A stretch of DNA of 64,000 nt from Cetorhinus maximus (lineage: Eukaryota), in contig NC_135902.1 in assembly GCF_964194155.1 (NCBI RefSeq), positions 46,500,001 through 46,564,000 of the forward strand, in the 5' to 3' direction. A program made the translations under genes and the position numbers. Of the stretch, positions 25,028-37,731 are shown piece after piece; position 1 is the stretch's first letter; each line of letters opens with the position of its first letter. Below the pieces are notes generated by a model. That model had not been told where the DNA came from. It did not search any database and saw only the letters and a list, made by a program, of their open reading frames with translations.

Positions 25028-25435
25028 ACCATGGCTCAGTTGGTAGCACTCTCACCTCTAACTCATAAGGTCCTGGGTTGAAGTCCCACTCCAGGCTTGA
25101 GCACAAAAATCAAGGCTGAGGCTCTAGTGTAGTACTGAGGGAGTGCTGCATTGTTGGAGGTGCTGTCTTTCAGTTGAGACATTAAAGCAAGGCCCAATTT
25201 GCCTGCAATTGTACTATTCTGAAGAAGACCAGTGATCCTGGCCAATATTTATCCCTCAATCAACATCACAAAAGAACAGATTATCTGCTTGCTATCACAT
25301 TCCAATTTGTGGGAGTTTACTGTGTGCAAATTGGCTGCTGTATTTCCTAAGCTTCAACAGTGACTGCACTTCACAAATACTTTATTGGCTGTAAAGAACT
25401 TTGAGGCATGAAAAGCACCGTGTAAATGCAAGTCC
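25028..25435 (+). mobile_element. Near full-length SacSINE1-like SINE
   Basis: A box TGGCTCAGTTGG, B box GGGTTGAAGTCC, central cctggccaatatttatccctcaa block, and L2-type tail ending tgtaaatgcaagtc. Confidence 0.85.
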
Positions 25436-26014
25436 TCCTTTCAAACAAGCTGTGGATGTTAATTGGTTTCAGTTGGTTTGCCAATCAACCCCTCAGGGTT
25501 AATGCCTTTCAAGTAGCAAATTCCACACCTGACAGAGATGTCTATCCTCTCCAGCATGTGAAAAAAAGACAGTCATAACCACACTTACAATGACCAGCCA
25601 AAATGGATAATAATAATATACAGACTTTCTTATGGTTTAGATTGTGTTGGACTCCTCACATATAGAACTGTCAAAAGCAGCTTTCTCAAGAACATGAAAA
25701 GCCATCATCAAGCAGAAAGGTCAACACATAAATGGTATCTTGATGGAAAATTCCAGATTCCTTTTAAAATAGATGGTAGTGAGTAATATTCCATTCAGAC
25801 CATTTGAGGAATAATTACCCTGTCTTGCTCCTTGGAGGGATTAACCTACATTGTCCTGCCACTATGAGGAATGATTACCTGCAGGTATAAACACACTTTT
25901 CTACTCTGTTCTGCATATTATTACCTAACTGTCTGACTCAATAACCAAAGGCTGGAAATGCTGAAAATGTCATCTGTAATTAAAGGATAGCAATGAAATA
26001 AATGAAGGAAAAAA

Positions 26015-28316
26015 AATCAAGTGAACTGGCAAAATGGGTTTAGCGACAGGTCAACAGAGATGCAGTTGCAGACATTTAAGGGCAGATTTCAGAATACACG
26101 GAATAAATACATTCCGAGAATGAAAAATTCCAAGGGGAGGACCCACTATCCGTGGTTAACTAAAAAAGTTAAAGATAGTATCAAACTTAAAGAAAAAGCA
26201 TATAATTACCAAAGATGGGTGGCAGGTCAAAAGATTGGACATAATATAAAAAACAGCAAAGAATGACTAAAAGATTAATGAGGAGGGAAAAGTTACAGTA
26301 TGCGAGAGAGCTAGTTAGAAATATAAGACAGATAGTAAGAGTTTCTACAGCTATTTTAAAAAGAGAACAGTTAACAAAGTGAGTTAAAGGCAAAATACTG
26401 CGGACACTGGAAATCTGAAACAAAAACAAAAAGTGCCGGAAAAACTCAGCAGGTCTGACGGCATCGGTGGAGATCTCCACAGATGCTATCAGACCTGCTG
26501 AGTTTTTCCAGCACTTTTTGTTTTTGTAACAAAGTGAGTGTTGATCTTATAGCAAGTGGGTCTGGGGAGTTAATAATGTAAAATATGGAAATGGCAGATG
26601 AACTGAACCAATATTTTGCATTGGTCTTGACAATAGAAGATGCAAGAAGCATCCCAAAAATAGCTGTAAATCAGGAATTGGAAGGGAGGGCGAACTCAAG
26701 AAAATCACAAACACCAGGGAAGTGAAACTCAGCAAATTGTTGGACCTGCAGGTTGACAAGTCCCCAGCTCCTGATAGATTTCATCCCAGCATCTTAAAAT
26801 AAGTGGCTAGTGAGATAGTTGATGCATTGGTTTCATTTTCCAAAATTCATGAGATTGAGGGAAGATTCCCTCAAATTAGATTCGAAAATAGCTAATGTAT
26901 CTCCTTTATTCAAGAAGGGAAGGAGACAGAAAACAGGGAACTATAGGCCAGTTAGCTTGACATCTGTCATAGGGAAAATGTTAGAAGCTATTATCAAAGA
27001 CTTTATAATGGGGCACTTAGATAAATTCAAGGTAATCACGCAGAGCCAACATGGTTTTGTGAAAGGGAAATCATGTTTAACCAATTTATTGGAGTTCTTT
27101 GAGGAAATAACCTATGCTGTGGATAAGGGGGAACCAGTGGATGTACTGTACTTGGATTTCAAGAAGGCATTTGATAAGGTGCCACATTAAAGGATATTGA
27201 GGAAAATAAAAGCTCATAGTGCTGAGGGCAACATATTGGGGTGGATAGAAGATTGGCAAGCTAACAGGAAACGGACAGTAAGCATAAATGTGTCATTTTC
27301 TGGTTGGCAAGATGTAATGGGTGGTGTGCCAGAGGGTTTAGTGCAGAGGCTTCAGCTTTTTACAATTTATATCAATAATTTGGATGAAGGGACTGAATGT
27401 ATGGTTGCTAAATTTGCTGATGACACAAAGATAGTTAGGAAAGTAAGCTGTGAAGAGGACATAAGGAGGCTACAAAGGGATATAGATAGGTTAAGTGAGT
27501 GGCCAAAGATCTGGGAAATGGAGTATAATGTGGTAAAATGTGAAATAATCCATTTTGGCAGGAAGATTAAAAAAGAAGCATATTATCTAAATGGTGAGAG
27601 ATTGCAGAGCACTGAGATGCAGATGGATCTGGGTGTCCTAGTCCATGAATCACAAAAGGTTATTATGCAGGTACAGCAAGTAATTGGGAAGCTAATAGAA
27701 CATTATCGCTTATTGCGAGGAGGATTGAATACAAAAGTAGAGAGGTTATGCTTCAGTTATAAAGAGCACTGATGAAACCACATCTGTGTACACTATTTGT
27801 CTCATTTAAGTAAGAATGTAAATGCGTTGGAAGCAATTCAGAGAAGGTTTACTGGACTAATACCTAGAATCGGCGGGTTGTCTTATGAGGAAAGGATGAA
27901 CAATCTAGGCTTGTATCTGCTGGAGTTAGGAAGAGTAAGGGTTGACTTGATTGAAACATGTAGGTCTTGACAGAGTGGATGTGGAAAGGATGTTTCCTCT
28001 TGTAGGAGAATCTAGAACTAGGGGTCACTTTAAAAAATAAGGGGTCACCCATTTAGGACAGAGGTGAAGAAATTTTTTTTCCCTCAGAGGGTCATGAGTG
28101 GTTGGAACTCTCTTCCTCAAAAGGCAGTGAAAGCAGAGTCTTTGAATATTTTTAAGGCAGAAGTAGATAGATTATTGATGAACAAGGCAGTGAAAGGTTA
28201 CCAGGGGTAGTTGAGAATGTGGAGTTGAGTTACAATCAGATCAGCCATAGTCTTATTGAATGGTGGAGCAGGCTTGAGGGGCTGAGTGGCCTGCTCCTGC
28301 TCCAAGTTTGTATGTA
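26015..28316 (+). mobile_element. CR1 (HER1-like) LINE, 2.3-kb ORF2 remnant
   Basis: GNYRPVSLTSVIGK, QHGFVKGKSCLTNL, LYLDFKKAFDKVPH, KFADDTK; stops present; 3' tail. Confidence 0.96.
26385..26526. mobile_element. 142-bp fold-back PLE terminal insertion inside CR1, 13-bp TSD
   Basis: TAACAAAGTGAGT at 26372-26384 and 26527-26539; spacerless palindrome centred on GGAGATCTCC (about 26470-26479). Confidence 0.93.
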
Positions 28317-28624
28317 GAACGCAACAAGTGGCAGTTGGGAAATAAAATGGTATCTCATATTGTAGTGAAATAGGTTAATGAGACACGGGATAGATTTCCT
28401 TCTTTGGGGGTTGGGGGTGGAGATGTAGGGGTAATTCTCGCCTATCCCTCTGATCCCAACGTAACCCCATTTTCCGGGCGTGATTGGACATTGCTGGGCG
28501 ACATCCTGGTGGTATTCCAGCACCAGGAACTGAAGTGGAGGGAGCTCTTCCAGGAGTGGAAGAGCCCTGAAAAAGAACCTCGGTCGAGGTCCCTGTAAAC
28601 CTCAGCCAAGTTTGAAGCCGATAA

Positions 28625-28895
28625 GGTCGGCCATTTAAGGCTGAGATGAGGAGAAATTCCCTCACTCCGAGCGTTGTGAATCTTTGAAATTCTCTTTCCA
28701 GAGAGCTGTGGATGTTCAGCTGCTGAGTATACTCAAGCCTGAGACTGGTGGATTTTTAAACACTACGGGAATTGAGGGATATGGGGATAAACCAGGAAAG
28801 TGGAGTTGACACAGAATATCAACAATGATCTTATTGAATGACTGAGCATGCTCTCGGGGCGTGTATGGCCTACTCTCCTGATTGCTTATGTTCTT
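28625..28895 (+). mobile_element. CR1 3' fragment
   Basis: gagatgaggagaaatt, gcgttgtgaatcttt, ggcctactctcctg. Confidence 0.8.
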
Positions 28896-29530
28896 AAGGG
28901 CGGGTCTTGGTGTCAAATTAAAGGGAAAGTTGACCATGAGTAGGTCCTCTCCCTGCATTTCCGCCTCCCCTTCCCCCCCCCACTTTTCATCAAGCAGGCC
29001 AGGGGAGTGACAAGAGTGGGAATGGACGGCGGGTAAGTGTGCAGGAATGTGGCCCTCAGCTATCCGCTGGCATTTTCAGGCAGGGAAGGAGTGGGACAAG
29101 GAAATGAATGTGGAGTTGAGTTACAATCAGATGCGGTGGTGGGGCAGGGTTGGTGCTGAGAGCTCAGTGTCTTAATTTGGCCCTATTTTCTGCTACGATC
29201 CTGCACGATTGTCTGTCGGGTCACAGAGGGAAGACCATTTCAGGCATAGAGCGAAATACAAACTGGCCTCCCGCGTGCTTCGACATTGTTAACTCGGCTT
29301 CTGTGTCATCTCCTGTGTCACCACATCTGAATCCAGATTAAGAGCGGTAAGAAGGCATTGATCCCCGGCCCCTGTCGCACAGAGAAAGAGAAATATAAAA
29401 AAATGTGTGAAAGAAAACCGACACCCAATTACTTTGGAAATCTCTCCTAAGTGAGGCAGTGAGGAAATGTCTCACCATTTAACCATGGGGTTGGTCAGAG
29501 TGCATTGCAGATCGGCAGACAGCTAGAATT

Positions 29531-29711
29531 AGAACAGAAAACGCTGGAAAAACTCAGCAGGTCTGGCAGCCTCTGTGGAGAGAGAGAAAAGTCACATGGA
29601 CTCAACACGTTAACTCTGTCTCTCTCTCCACAGAGGCTGCCAGACCCGCTGAGTTTTTCCAGTATTTTCTGTTTTTGTTTCCGGTTTCCAGCACCCGCAG
29701 TATTTTGCTTT
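29531..29711. mobile_element. Fold-back PLE terminal insertion, 11-bp TSD
   Basis: CAGCTAGAATT at 29520-29530 and 29712-29722; inverted arms; partial HHR (agtcacatggactc...acgttaact) in the loop. Confidence 0.92.
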
Positions 29712-31088
29712 CAGCTAGAATTTGAAATCCGTCCGGAGAAATCTTCAGAAACATGTCTTCCTTCACCTTACCAGTGGCAAGGGAGGATTCTGCTTATTGT
29801 GGGCACATTCGTGTGTACCTGATTTGTCCGCTGTGTGTGACGGTGTAGTGTGGTAGTGTTATTACAGTATTTCACTGTATAACAGGATGGTTCTTTGTGT
29901 CAGTGACCTTTTGTCCAGTTGTTTCCAGTTGCAGTTTTCCCACAGCTCGAGCTAAATTGCAGCCTGTGCTTAGTACAAACTGTGGCTGCACACCATTTAG
30001 AGAGGATTAGAAAGGCTTATGTACATAAAAGGCAATTAAACATTAACGAGTTGTTATTTACTTAATTAATAATTTATGTTTGTTCTTGTATCACTGCATC
30101 TTAACAAGGTGCAAACCAATGAGTTAGCAGTTGACACAGCCCCTGTCCAAAACCAACCGAGCATTTCAGGCACCCTAACCCACAGCCCTGAAATTGCGTT
30201 AATGCAAATGGTTATCGTTTTAAGCGATATTTGATTGCTGCAGTAGTAGCAATGGGCACTGCAACTAGTGCAGTGAAATCATTATGGACCAATGGAATAG
30301 CACATCCTCCAGAAAGGCCTGTCTTCAAACACCAAATACATTGTTGGTTAAGGTGACGTGTCTACTTAATTTGCAAAATGATTGGCAAAAGTATTTAATT
30401 TCAGGACCTACATTCTGAACTAACGGTATGATGTAGACCAGAATCTCATAAGCTTCGACTGAATACAGAGATAATGAATTTGCTCATCAAAGCATCAGAA
30501 AAATCCTGTAATGTAGGCCACGTTATGGAGCAGGATTACAAGGAACACTGCAATATTCTTCTGTCTCTTCCCCCCCACACACTGACATTTCCAAAGGCTT
30601 TCCTGTCAGCCTCAAATCGACACGACATTTCGGCTGGTTAGCCGCTAAGAACGGACACGTGTCCAGGAACTTTTTTTGTCCATTTTTATTTAAAACTTGT
30701 CCGAAAGTTTCCCCATGGTTCAGTGGGATACTGCATTCTGGGTCCCAGCGTGGAACTGAGGCACGTTTAACAAGGAGGGTCCCAGCATCAGGCTCCCATC
30801 TGTCAATTCTGAATTAGCTGCTGACACAGACACTTTAGGAATATTCCTGAAGAATGGCTCGTTTTTCTTTGGAATCTTGATCATGGACTCGTGTCCCATC
30901 GTTGCCTGATGCAGCACTGCAGTGCCTCATTCCTGCTTCTTTGTTAGTTGCAGTATGTTGCTTTAAGTTTATATTAAGAAGTTCTTCCCATTATGTTCAT
31001 TGGGTTGGTGAGGAAACATGAATCTTACGGATCATTTAACCTTAACAGGTTAGGCTGGGTATGAATGAAAATGAAGGCGATCCCTTCC

Positions 31089-31107
31089 TGCCACTAGATG
31101 TCAGTAG
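31089..31107 (+). promoter_or_regulatory. CTCF-like binding motif
   Basis: TGCCACTAGATGTCAGTAG resembles the CTCF core consensus and lies in non-repeat sequence; motif match only. Confidence 0.55.
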
Positions 31108-31631
31108 TTATCACTAAACTGCTTGAACATCTCTAACGTGCAGAAGACATGTCGTAACAGTTAAATGGCACTGCATCATCTGATTTTCAAATCCCTCTGT
31201 GAATAGAATGCTAATAGTTCCCGCTGGCATTTAAGGATTAAGTAGACCATGGACATCTTTATTATGTTGATGTTAATGGATTAAATGGATAAAAAGTCTT
31301 TGTGAATTTTGAAGGCTCTTTCTAGACAAGGGAGCTGATTATAGAAGGTTATACGGTAAGGCGGTGATCTTAAATGATCGCTGCATTAATGTAATTAAGC
31401 ATACTTTTATCTTCTCAGAATTCCACCTCCTTTTTAATTAGTTGAAGAACAGAGACGAAAGATTATGATCTATATGCGGAATTCAACCAATGTTTTAAAA
31501 ATAGGAGAGAAGATGAGATCCATTAACTCGTGATGTTTAGGTAATACCAAAGTTGGATTCAAAACCCTGAAAATCTTGTACGAGGTCCATATGGTTTTTA
31601 ATTTCATGACCAATTTGGTAACAATGTTTTT

Positions 31632-32124
31632 AGTATTGCTGAAAAAAGACGTCAAAAAAGTTTTTTGTCTTGCACTCATCAGGACATTCGCAAGAATGAC
31701 AAATATAAGGGGAACAACAATTTATACTTGGTGAGAAGAGAGTGCTGATTGGTTGGCAAGTGGTGGAGGTGTTGCTATGGAGAATGCACCAGTTGAGAAC
31801 AGAAGGGCTTCATGATGGGAGCTCTTTGCAGACAGAAAGAACATGTCCACGCGTTGCGCTGAGCAAAATAAGTGGGGTTCATTCCCTAGACCAATGGGAG
31901 TCAACCCGCCTGGTTTGAATTTAAACAAAGCTTGGCGGTTAACTGTCAGTCATCAGTTAACTAGTGCATTCTCCATAGCAACGCCCCTACCAATCAGAGT
32001 CCACTTGCCCATCAATCAGCACTCTCGTCTCACAAAGTATAAATTGTTTTTCCCTTTACATTTGGTATTCTTGCAAGGTGAAAAACTTTGACATGTGTCT
32101 TTTTTCAGTGATCCTCAAGCTCTA
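31632..32124. mobile_element. Second PLE family: 5'-truncated copy (+) with inverted pseudo-LTR (-)
   Basis: 31632-31795 is an inverted copy of about 31960-32120; + strand LCRQKEHVHALR resembles a PLE GIY-YIG C-terminus; minus-strand TGTC-CTGATGA-GT-GCAAG-AC is an HHR remnant. Confidence 0.75.
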
Positions 32125-32126
32125 CC

Positions 32127-33296
32127 AAACATACAAATTAGGAGCAGCAGTAGGCCACTCAGCCCTCGAGCCTGCTCTGCCATTCAATAAGATCAGGGCT
32201 GATCTGATTGTAACCTCAACTCCACATTCTCGCCTACCCCGATAATCTTTCACACCCTTACTAAGAATCTACCTAACTCTGCGTTAAAAATATTCAAAGA
32301 CTCTGCTTCCACTGCCTTTTGAGGAAGAGAGTTCCAAAGACTCGCGACCCTCTGAGAAAAAGTTTCTCCTCGTCTCTGTCTTAAATGAGTGACCCCTTAT
32401 TTTTAAACAGTGACATCAAGTTCTAGATTCTCCCACAAGAGGAAACATCCTCTCCACGTTCATCCTGTCACGACCCCTCAGGATCTTAAAGATTTCAATC
32501 AAGTTGCCTCTTACTCTTCTAAACTCTAGTGGATACAAGCCTAGCCTGTCCAGCCTTCCCTCATAAGACAACCCGCCCATTCCTGGTATTGGTCTAGTAA
32601 ACCTTTTCTGAACTGCTTCTAACACATTTACATCCTACTACCTTCCTTAAATGAACATGGTACTCCAGATGTGGTCTCAGCAATGCTTTGTATAACTGAA
32701 GCATAACCTCCCTACTTCTGTATTCAATTCCCCTTGTAATAAACAATAATATTCTATTAGCTTTCCAAATTACTTGCTTACCTACATACTAGCCTTTTGT
32801 GATTCATGCACTAGGACACCCAGATCCCTCTGAATGTCAGAGCTCTGCAATCTCTCACCATGTAGATAATATGCTTCTTTTTTATTCTTCCTGCCAAAAT
32901 GGACAATTTCACATTTTCCCGCATTATACTCCATTTTCCAGATCTTTGCCCACTCACTTAACCTATCCATGTTCCTTTGTCGCCTCCTTACGTCCTCTTC
33001 ACAGCTTACTTTCCTAACTATATTTGTGTTGTCAGCTAATTTAGCAACTATACCTTCTGTCCCTGCGTGCAAGTCATTTATATAAATTGTAGAAAGTTGA
33101 GGCCTCAGCGCTGATCCCTGTGGAACACCACTTGTCAATCCTGCCAACCAGAAAAAGACCCATTTATGCCAACTCTCCGTTTCCTGTTAGCTAGCCAATC
33201 TTCTATCCACGCCAATACGTTACCCCCTACACCATGAGCTTTTATTTTCCGCAATAACCTTTCTTGTGGCACCTTATCAAATGCCTTCTGGAAATT
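32127..33296 (-). mobile_element. CR1 (HER1-like) LINE, 5'-truncated
   Basis: SGVPQGSALRPQLSTIYINDL, KLADNT, LEAVQKRFTRPIPG. Confidence 0.95.
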
Positions 33297-33424
33297 GTCT
33301 TTATTTGTGTCTTATTTTTTGTCTTTTTTTCCTTTCTTAATTTAAAAAAAAATGTTCTAGGTATTGGCAGATGTAAATGAATCGATGGTCTGCACGCAAT
33401 CAGAATCAAATCAGCTGCCATTTA

Positions 33425-33765
33425 TAGTCACAGAAAGAGGCCAATCAGCCCACTAAGTGCATGCCAGCTCTCCGTGGAGCAACCCAATTAGTCCCATTGC
33501 ACTGCTCTATCCTGCAAGTTTATTTCTTTCAAGAGCCCATCCAATTTCCTTTTGAAACTATTGATCATCTCCGCTTCCACCAACCTCACAGGCGATGAAT
33601 TCCTGGTCATTACCACTCGCTGTGTAAAAAAAAAAATATTTCTTCCTCCCATCCGTTTTGTATCTCTTGCCCAAAATCTTAGATCAGTTTCCCCTAGTTC
33701 TTGTACCATCAGTTAAGGGGGAACAGCTTTTCTTTGTCTACCTCATCTAAACCTGTCCATAACCT
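33425..33765 (-). mobile_element. CR1 3' fragment
   Basis: FFTQRVVMTRNSSP and INSFKRKLD. Confidence 0.8.
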
Positions 33766-34188
33766 CGATCTATTTCCAGCATGAACGTTAGAACGTCTGG
33801 CAATGTTTCTGCAGTATTGATAAATTCATTGTCAGTCACGGGAACACAATTCTGATATTTCACAGAGCTTTTCGGGTGTGATTTCTAACAAAAGACTTCC
33901 CATTAATCAAAAATGAGTGAGAACTATTTTTAATAAATTATTTCAAAACATCTTAATGTTCCATTGCATTCTCTGTTGTCATAGTTTGTTGGATGTGTGG
34001 GAATACAATATATAATCAAGTTTTCTGAGTGAGAATTCAACTGTTCTGCTTAAAGCTGATCTTCTTGACTTTAGTGCTCCAGATTATTAATTTCCTTCTC
34101 TACATTTGCCCCCAGAATATCCATTCACTCACAAACAAGGCCCTTGCCATCCGCGACTGTTGTAGGTGATCGTATTGATATGCACTTA

Positions 34189-34990
34189 TGTGAGGTCATG
34201 CACTTTGGTAGGAAGAATAGAGGCATAGACTATTTTCTAAATGGGGAGAGAATTCAGAAATCTGGAGTGCAAAGGGACTTGGGAGTCCTAGTCCAGGATT
34301 CTCTTAAGGTTAACTTGCAGGTTGAGTCGGTAGTTAGGAAGGCAAATGCAATGTTGGCATTTATTTCGAGAGGACTAGAATATAAAAGCAGGGATGTGCT
34401 GCTGAGGCTTTATAAGGCTCTGGTCAGACCACATTTAGAATATTGTGAGCAATTTTGGGCCCCGTATCTCAGGAAGGATGTGCTGGCCCTGGAGAGGGTC
34501 CAGAGGAGGTTCATGAGAATGATCCCAGGAATGAAAGGCTTAACATATGAGGAACGTTTGAGGACTCTGGGTCTATACTCGATGGAGTTTAGAAGGATGA
34601 GAGGGGGGATCTGACTGAAACTTACAGAATGCTGAAAGGCCTGGACAGAGTGGACGTGGGGAAGATGTTTCCATTAGTAGGAGAGACTAGGACCCGAGGG
34701 CACAGCCTCAGAGTAAAGGGAAGACCTTTTAGAACAGAGATGAGGAGAAACTTCTTTAGCCAGAGAGTGGTGAATCTATGGAATTCATTGCCACAGAAGG
34801 CTGTGGAGGCCAGGTCATTGAGTGTATTTAAGACCAAGATAGATAGGTTCTTGATTGGTAAGGGGATCAAAGGTTACGGGGAGAAGGTGGGAGAATGGGG
34901 TTGAGAAACTTATCAGCCATGATTGAATGGCGGAGCAGACTTGATGGGCCGATTGGCCTAATTTCTGCTCCTATGTCTTATGGTCTTATG
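34189..34990 (+). mobile_element. Young HER1-like CR1 copy, same subfamily as 6728-7694
   Basis: Near-identical peptides (CEVMHFGRKNRGIDYFLNGERIQKS); tail TCTTATGG repeat; CTTATG at 34185-34190 and 34985-34990. Confidence 0.95.
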
Positions 34991-35139
34991 ATATCCTGGC
35001 CTTGATGGAAACTTGACTCAAGGCGGCACCATCTAGACCTTACGGACTCACCAGCCTGACCACCTGTCTATGCCATCTGCACTGCCCACAACACCGTAGT
35101 GGCAATGCGGCCCTCATCAACAAGTCAGAGTAGGTTCTT

Positions 35140-35525
35140 TTCTATTCGATCATGGAGCGTGGGCATCGTTGGCTGGGCCAGCATTTATTGCCCATCCCCT
35201 AATCGCCCTTGAGAAGGCGGTGGTGAGCTGCCTTCTTGAACCGCTGCAGTCCATGTGGTGTAGGTACACCCACAGCGCTGTTAGGGAGGGAGTTCCAGGA
35301 GTTTGACCCAGTGACAGTCAAGGAACGGCGATATATTTCCAAGTGAGAATAGTTAGTGGCTTGGGGGGAACTTGCAGGTGGTGGGGTTCCCACCTATCTG
35401 CCGCCCTTGTCCTTCTAAATGGTAGTGATCGTGGGTTTGGAAGGTGCTGTCTAAGGAGCCTTGGTGAATTCCTGCAGTGCATCTTGTAGATGGTACACAC
35501 TGCTGCCAGTGTGCATCAGTGGTGG
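35140..35525 (-). mobile_element. 3' fragment of a second CR1-group LINE family (tail ggcaattagggatgggcaataaatgctgg)
   Basis: SWNSLPNSAVGVPTPHGLQRFKKAAHHRLLKG. Confidence 0.85.
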
Positions 35526-36094
35526 AGTTCATCCATCTGGCATTACATCCCTAATGGTGTCAACATTTCACCAACTTGTAACCATTTGAACATTTGTTTA
35601 TGTTTGATTTATAATTTTCCAAGAATTGTTTGGATGAAATGTAATGGGTAAAAGTGAAGCACATGATTTACAATGGAAACTTAATTCAATATATCAATAA
35701 AAATGAGTGACAGCAAACTTTGCATTAATGACCTGCGCATACCATTAAGTGCCAGATGTTTCCGTGTTTGATGCCTTATTAAAAAATGGCAAGAAAATAA
35801 ATCTCTCCCATTTTCTAGGCTCTACACCTTCCAATATTCTATTGGGTAAATGGAAAAGCTCCATAAATCATTCATTGTCCATATTAATACTGATGAAGGA
35901 CAAGTAATGAAGTTGAAATATGGAATGTCCCACACATCTGAATAATTAAATGTGAGGGAATGTTTCCTTAACTTGCTGGATACCCCTCTCAGCAAACACC
36001 TCCAGCCGCTGTAACCAGTGCAAACGTTTCATAATGGTTTTTAGCAGACCTGCTAGTGATTTTTATAATAAACCTTATATCAGACGGATATTAC

Positions 36095-36212
36095 TAAGTG
36101 AGGGAGGGAAGGGGATGTGGTGAACAAAAGGCAGTACTGAATGGGGTTGGATTGCTCTAAAAGTTGACTTGATGGACCAAATGGGCCTCCTTCTGTGCTG
36201 TAATGACTCTAT
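36095..36212 (+). mobile_element. CR1 3' tail
   Basis: gatggaccaaatgggcctccttctgtgctgtaatgactctatg. Confidence 0.65.
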
Positions 36213-36904
36213 GGGTGTGAGGACAGGGTGTACAACAGACAGTGGTTTATGGATGTCCGTACAGGATGTGCAGGTTAATAGGCATCCTACCACCCACTGC
36301 CCACAATTTACCGGCCCTTTCTTCAATGCTTTCTTTTTAACCACTGCCGTGGGCAATTAACCGTTTATCTGTGTTCTAAATAGTTTCCACCTGGTGGGGC
36401 AGTTCTATGGGAGGTGTAGGTTTTCTGCAGAGGGAAAGTTAAAACACACCATCAGGGGATTGTGCCACACAGCAGATCCAGCACAACATTGATTTGCTTT
36501 CAGGCTTGGATTGAGCAGTAGCTTTTTTAAAAAAAATGTACTTTTCCCTCTTCCTGCCCTTTCTTCACATCTTGTACTAGTCCGTGATTGACAGGGCGGG
36601 TTCATGACCTGCTCCTAAGGTAATGCCCATCTTGCGGCAACTGAGTGTGACAGAGTCCTAAGGATGATGGAGCCATTTTTTTTACTGAAAGGTTTCTCCA
36701 ATATTAACACACATAACTGTGACAAGATTGGAGTCTGGGAACTCTTTACCCTCAGGTAGTGTTTCATCGACTGTCCTGAGTTACCAACCAGTCAGGCCTT
36801 TTACTGTAATGTACCAGGAAGCACAAACAACTCACCTCTTACACAGCTGACAGTGGCAGAGAGCAGACTTGTTCACACACACACACACATAAAAAAAAAT
36901 CATC

Positions 36905-36972
36905 CTGTCTGTTTTCCCTGCAGATGCTACCTGCCCTGTTGAGTGCTTCCAGCATTTTCTGGTTTTCTTTCA
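36905..36972 (+). mobile_element. PLE pseudo-LTR tail fragment
   Basis: cagatgctacctgccctgttgagtgcttccagcattttctgg. Confidence 0.55.
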
Positions 36973-37731
36973 GACACCTTACTAAAATCTTTGAGGCTGT
37001 TTCATTGCCTGAAATAGCTTCATGGTGGGAGCTTGGGGACAGACTGGGTGTCAGATTCAATGGCCTTTCTCCAGTTAGCAATGGTATCACGAAACTGCGT
37101 TCCCAGACACTTGGCTTGAACCCTTTGAGGACTGACCTACTTTAGGAAGCAGAGTGAGGAAGGAGTATAAAAATGGCAGAGCACCATGCACAGGCTTCTA
37201 CTGTTTTTCTCTCTGTAACCAGTCTTCCTGACCCCTGTGAGTACAGGCAGGTGAACAGTAATGAATAGAGAATAATTAGATATCAGTGCTTGATGTACCC
37301 ATTACCATTAACAGCAACTGAGACCGCCCTGAGAATCCTAGACCGGCATCAGCAGAATTAAATGCTTGTGTGCACTGTAACATTTTCTATTTTATTAGAA
37401 AATTAAATAACTTCAAATTGATTTCATAATTTTAATGATTACCCTATGCATTTTGGTTTTAATTTGAACCATTCAAGCTGCATTCCCCCACTCCTTTGGC
37501 ACATGCTGGAAATACTGTGTGCTGTGGAATATGCTGAAACTTTGCTCTTTACATTGTCCAGCACCAATATAACCACAATGTCAACTCCACAGGCTGGAGT
37601 TCAGAGCACAATCAGTAAATTATGCTAGTTGTGTAACTTCAACCAAACAGATGATTTCTATGACAGGTCTTGAATAAATATTCTTATGATATAAGATTCG
37701 AAAAATGTACAGCATGCTAGACAAACACATG

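Noticed and set aside
25028-25110. tRNA gene
   Set aside because: The A/B boxes belong to a SINE head followed by SINE body and tail; no full cloverleaf seen.
29150-29400. Possible host exon (minus-strand acceptor near 29372, plus-strand GTAAGA near 29347)
   Set aside because: All three minus frames close quickly and no recognisable protein; a non-coding exon cannot be excluded.
36384-36402. Second CTCF-like motif (CCACCAGGTGG on minus)
   Set aside because: The 3' part deviates from consensus; too weak without binding data.
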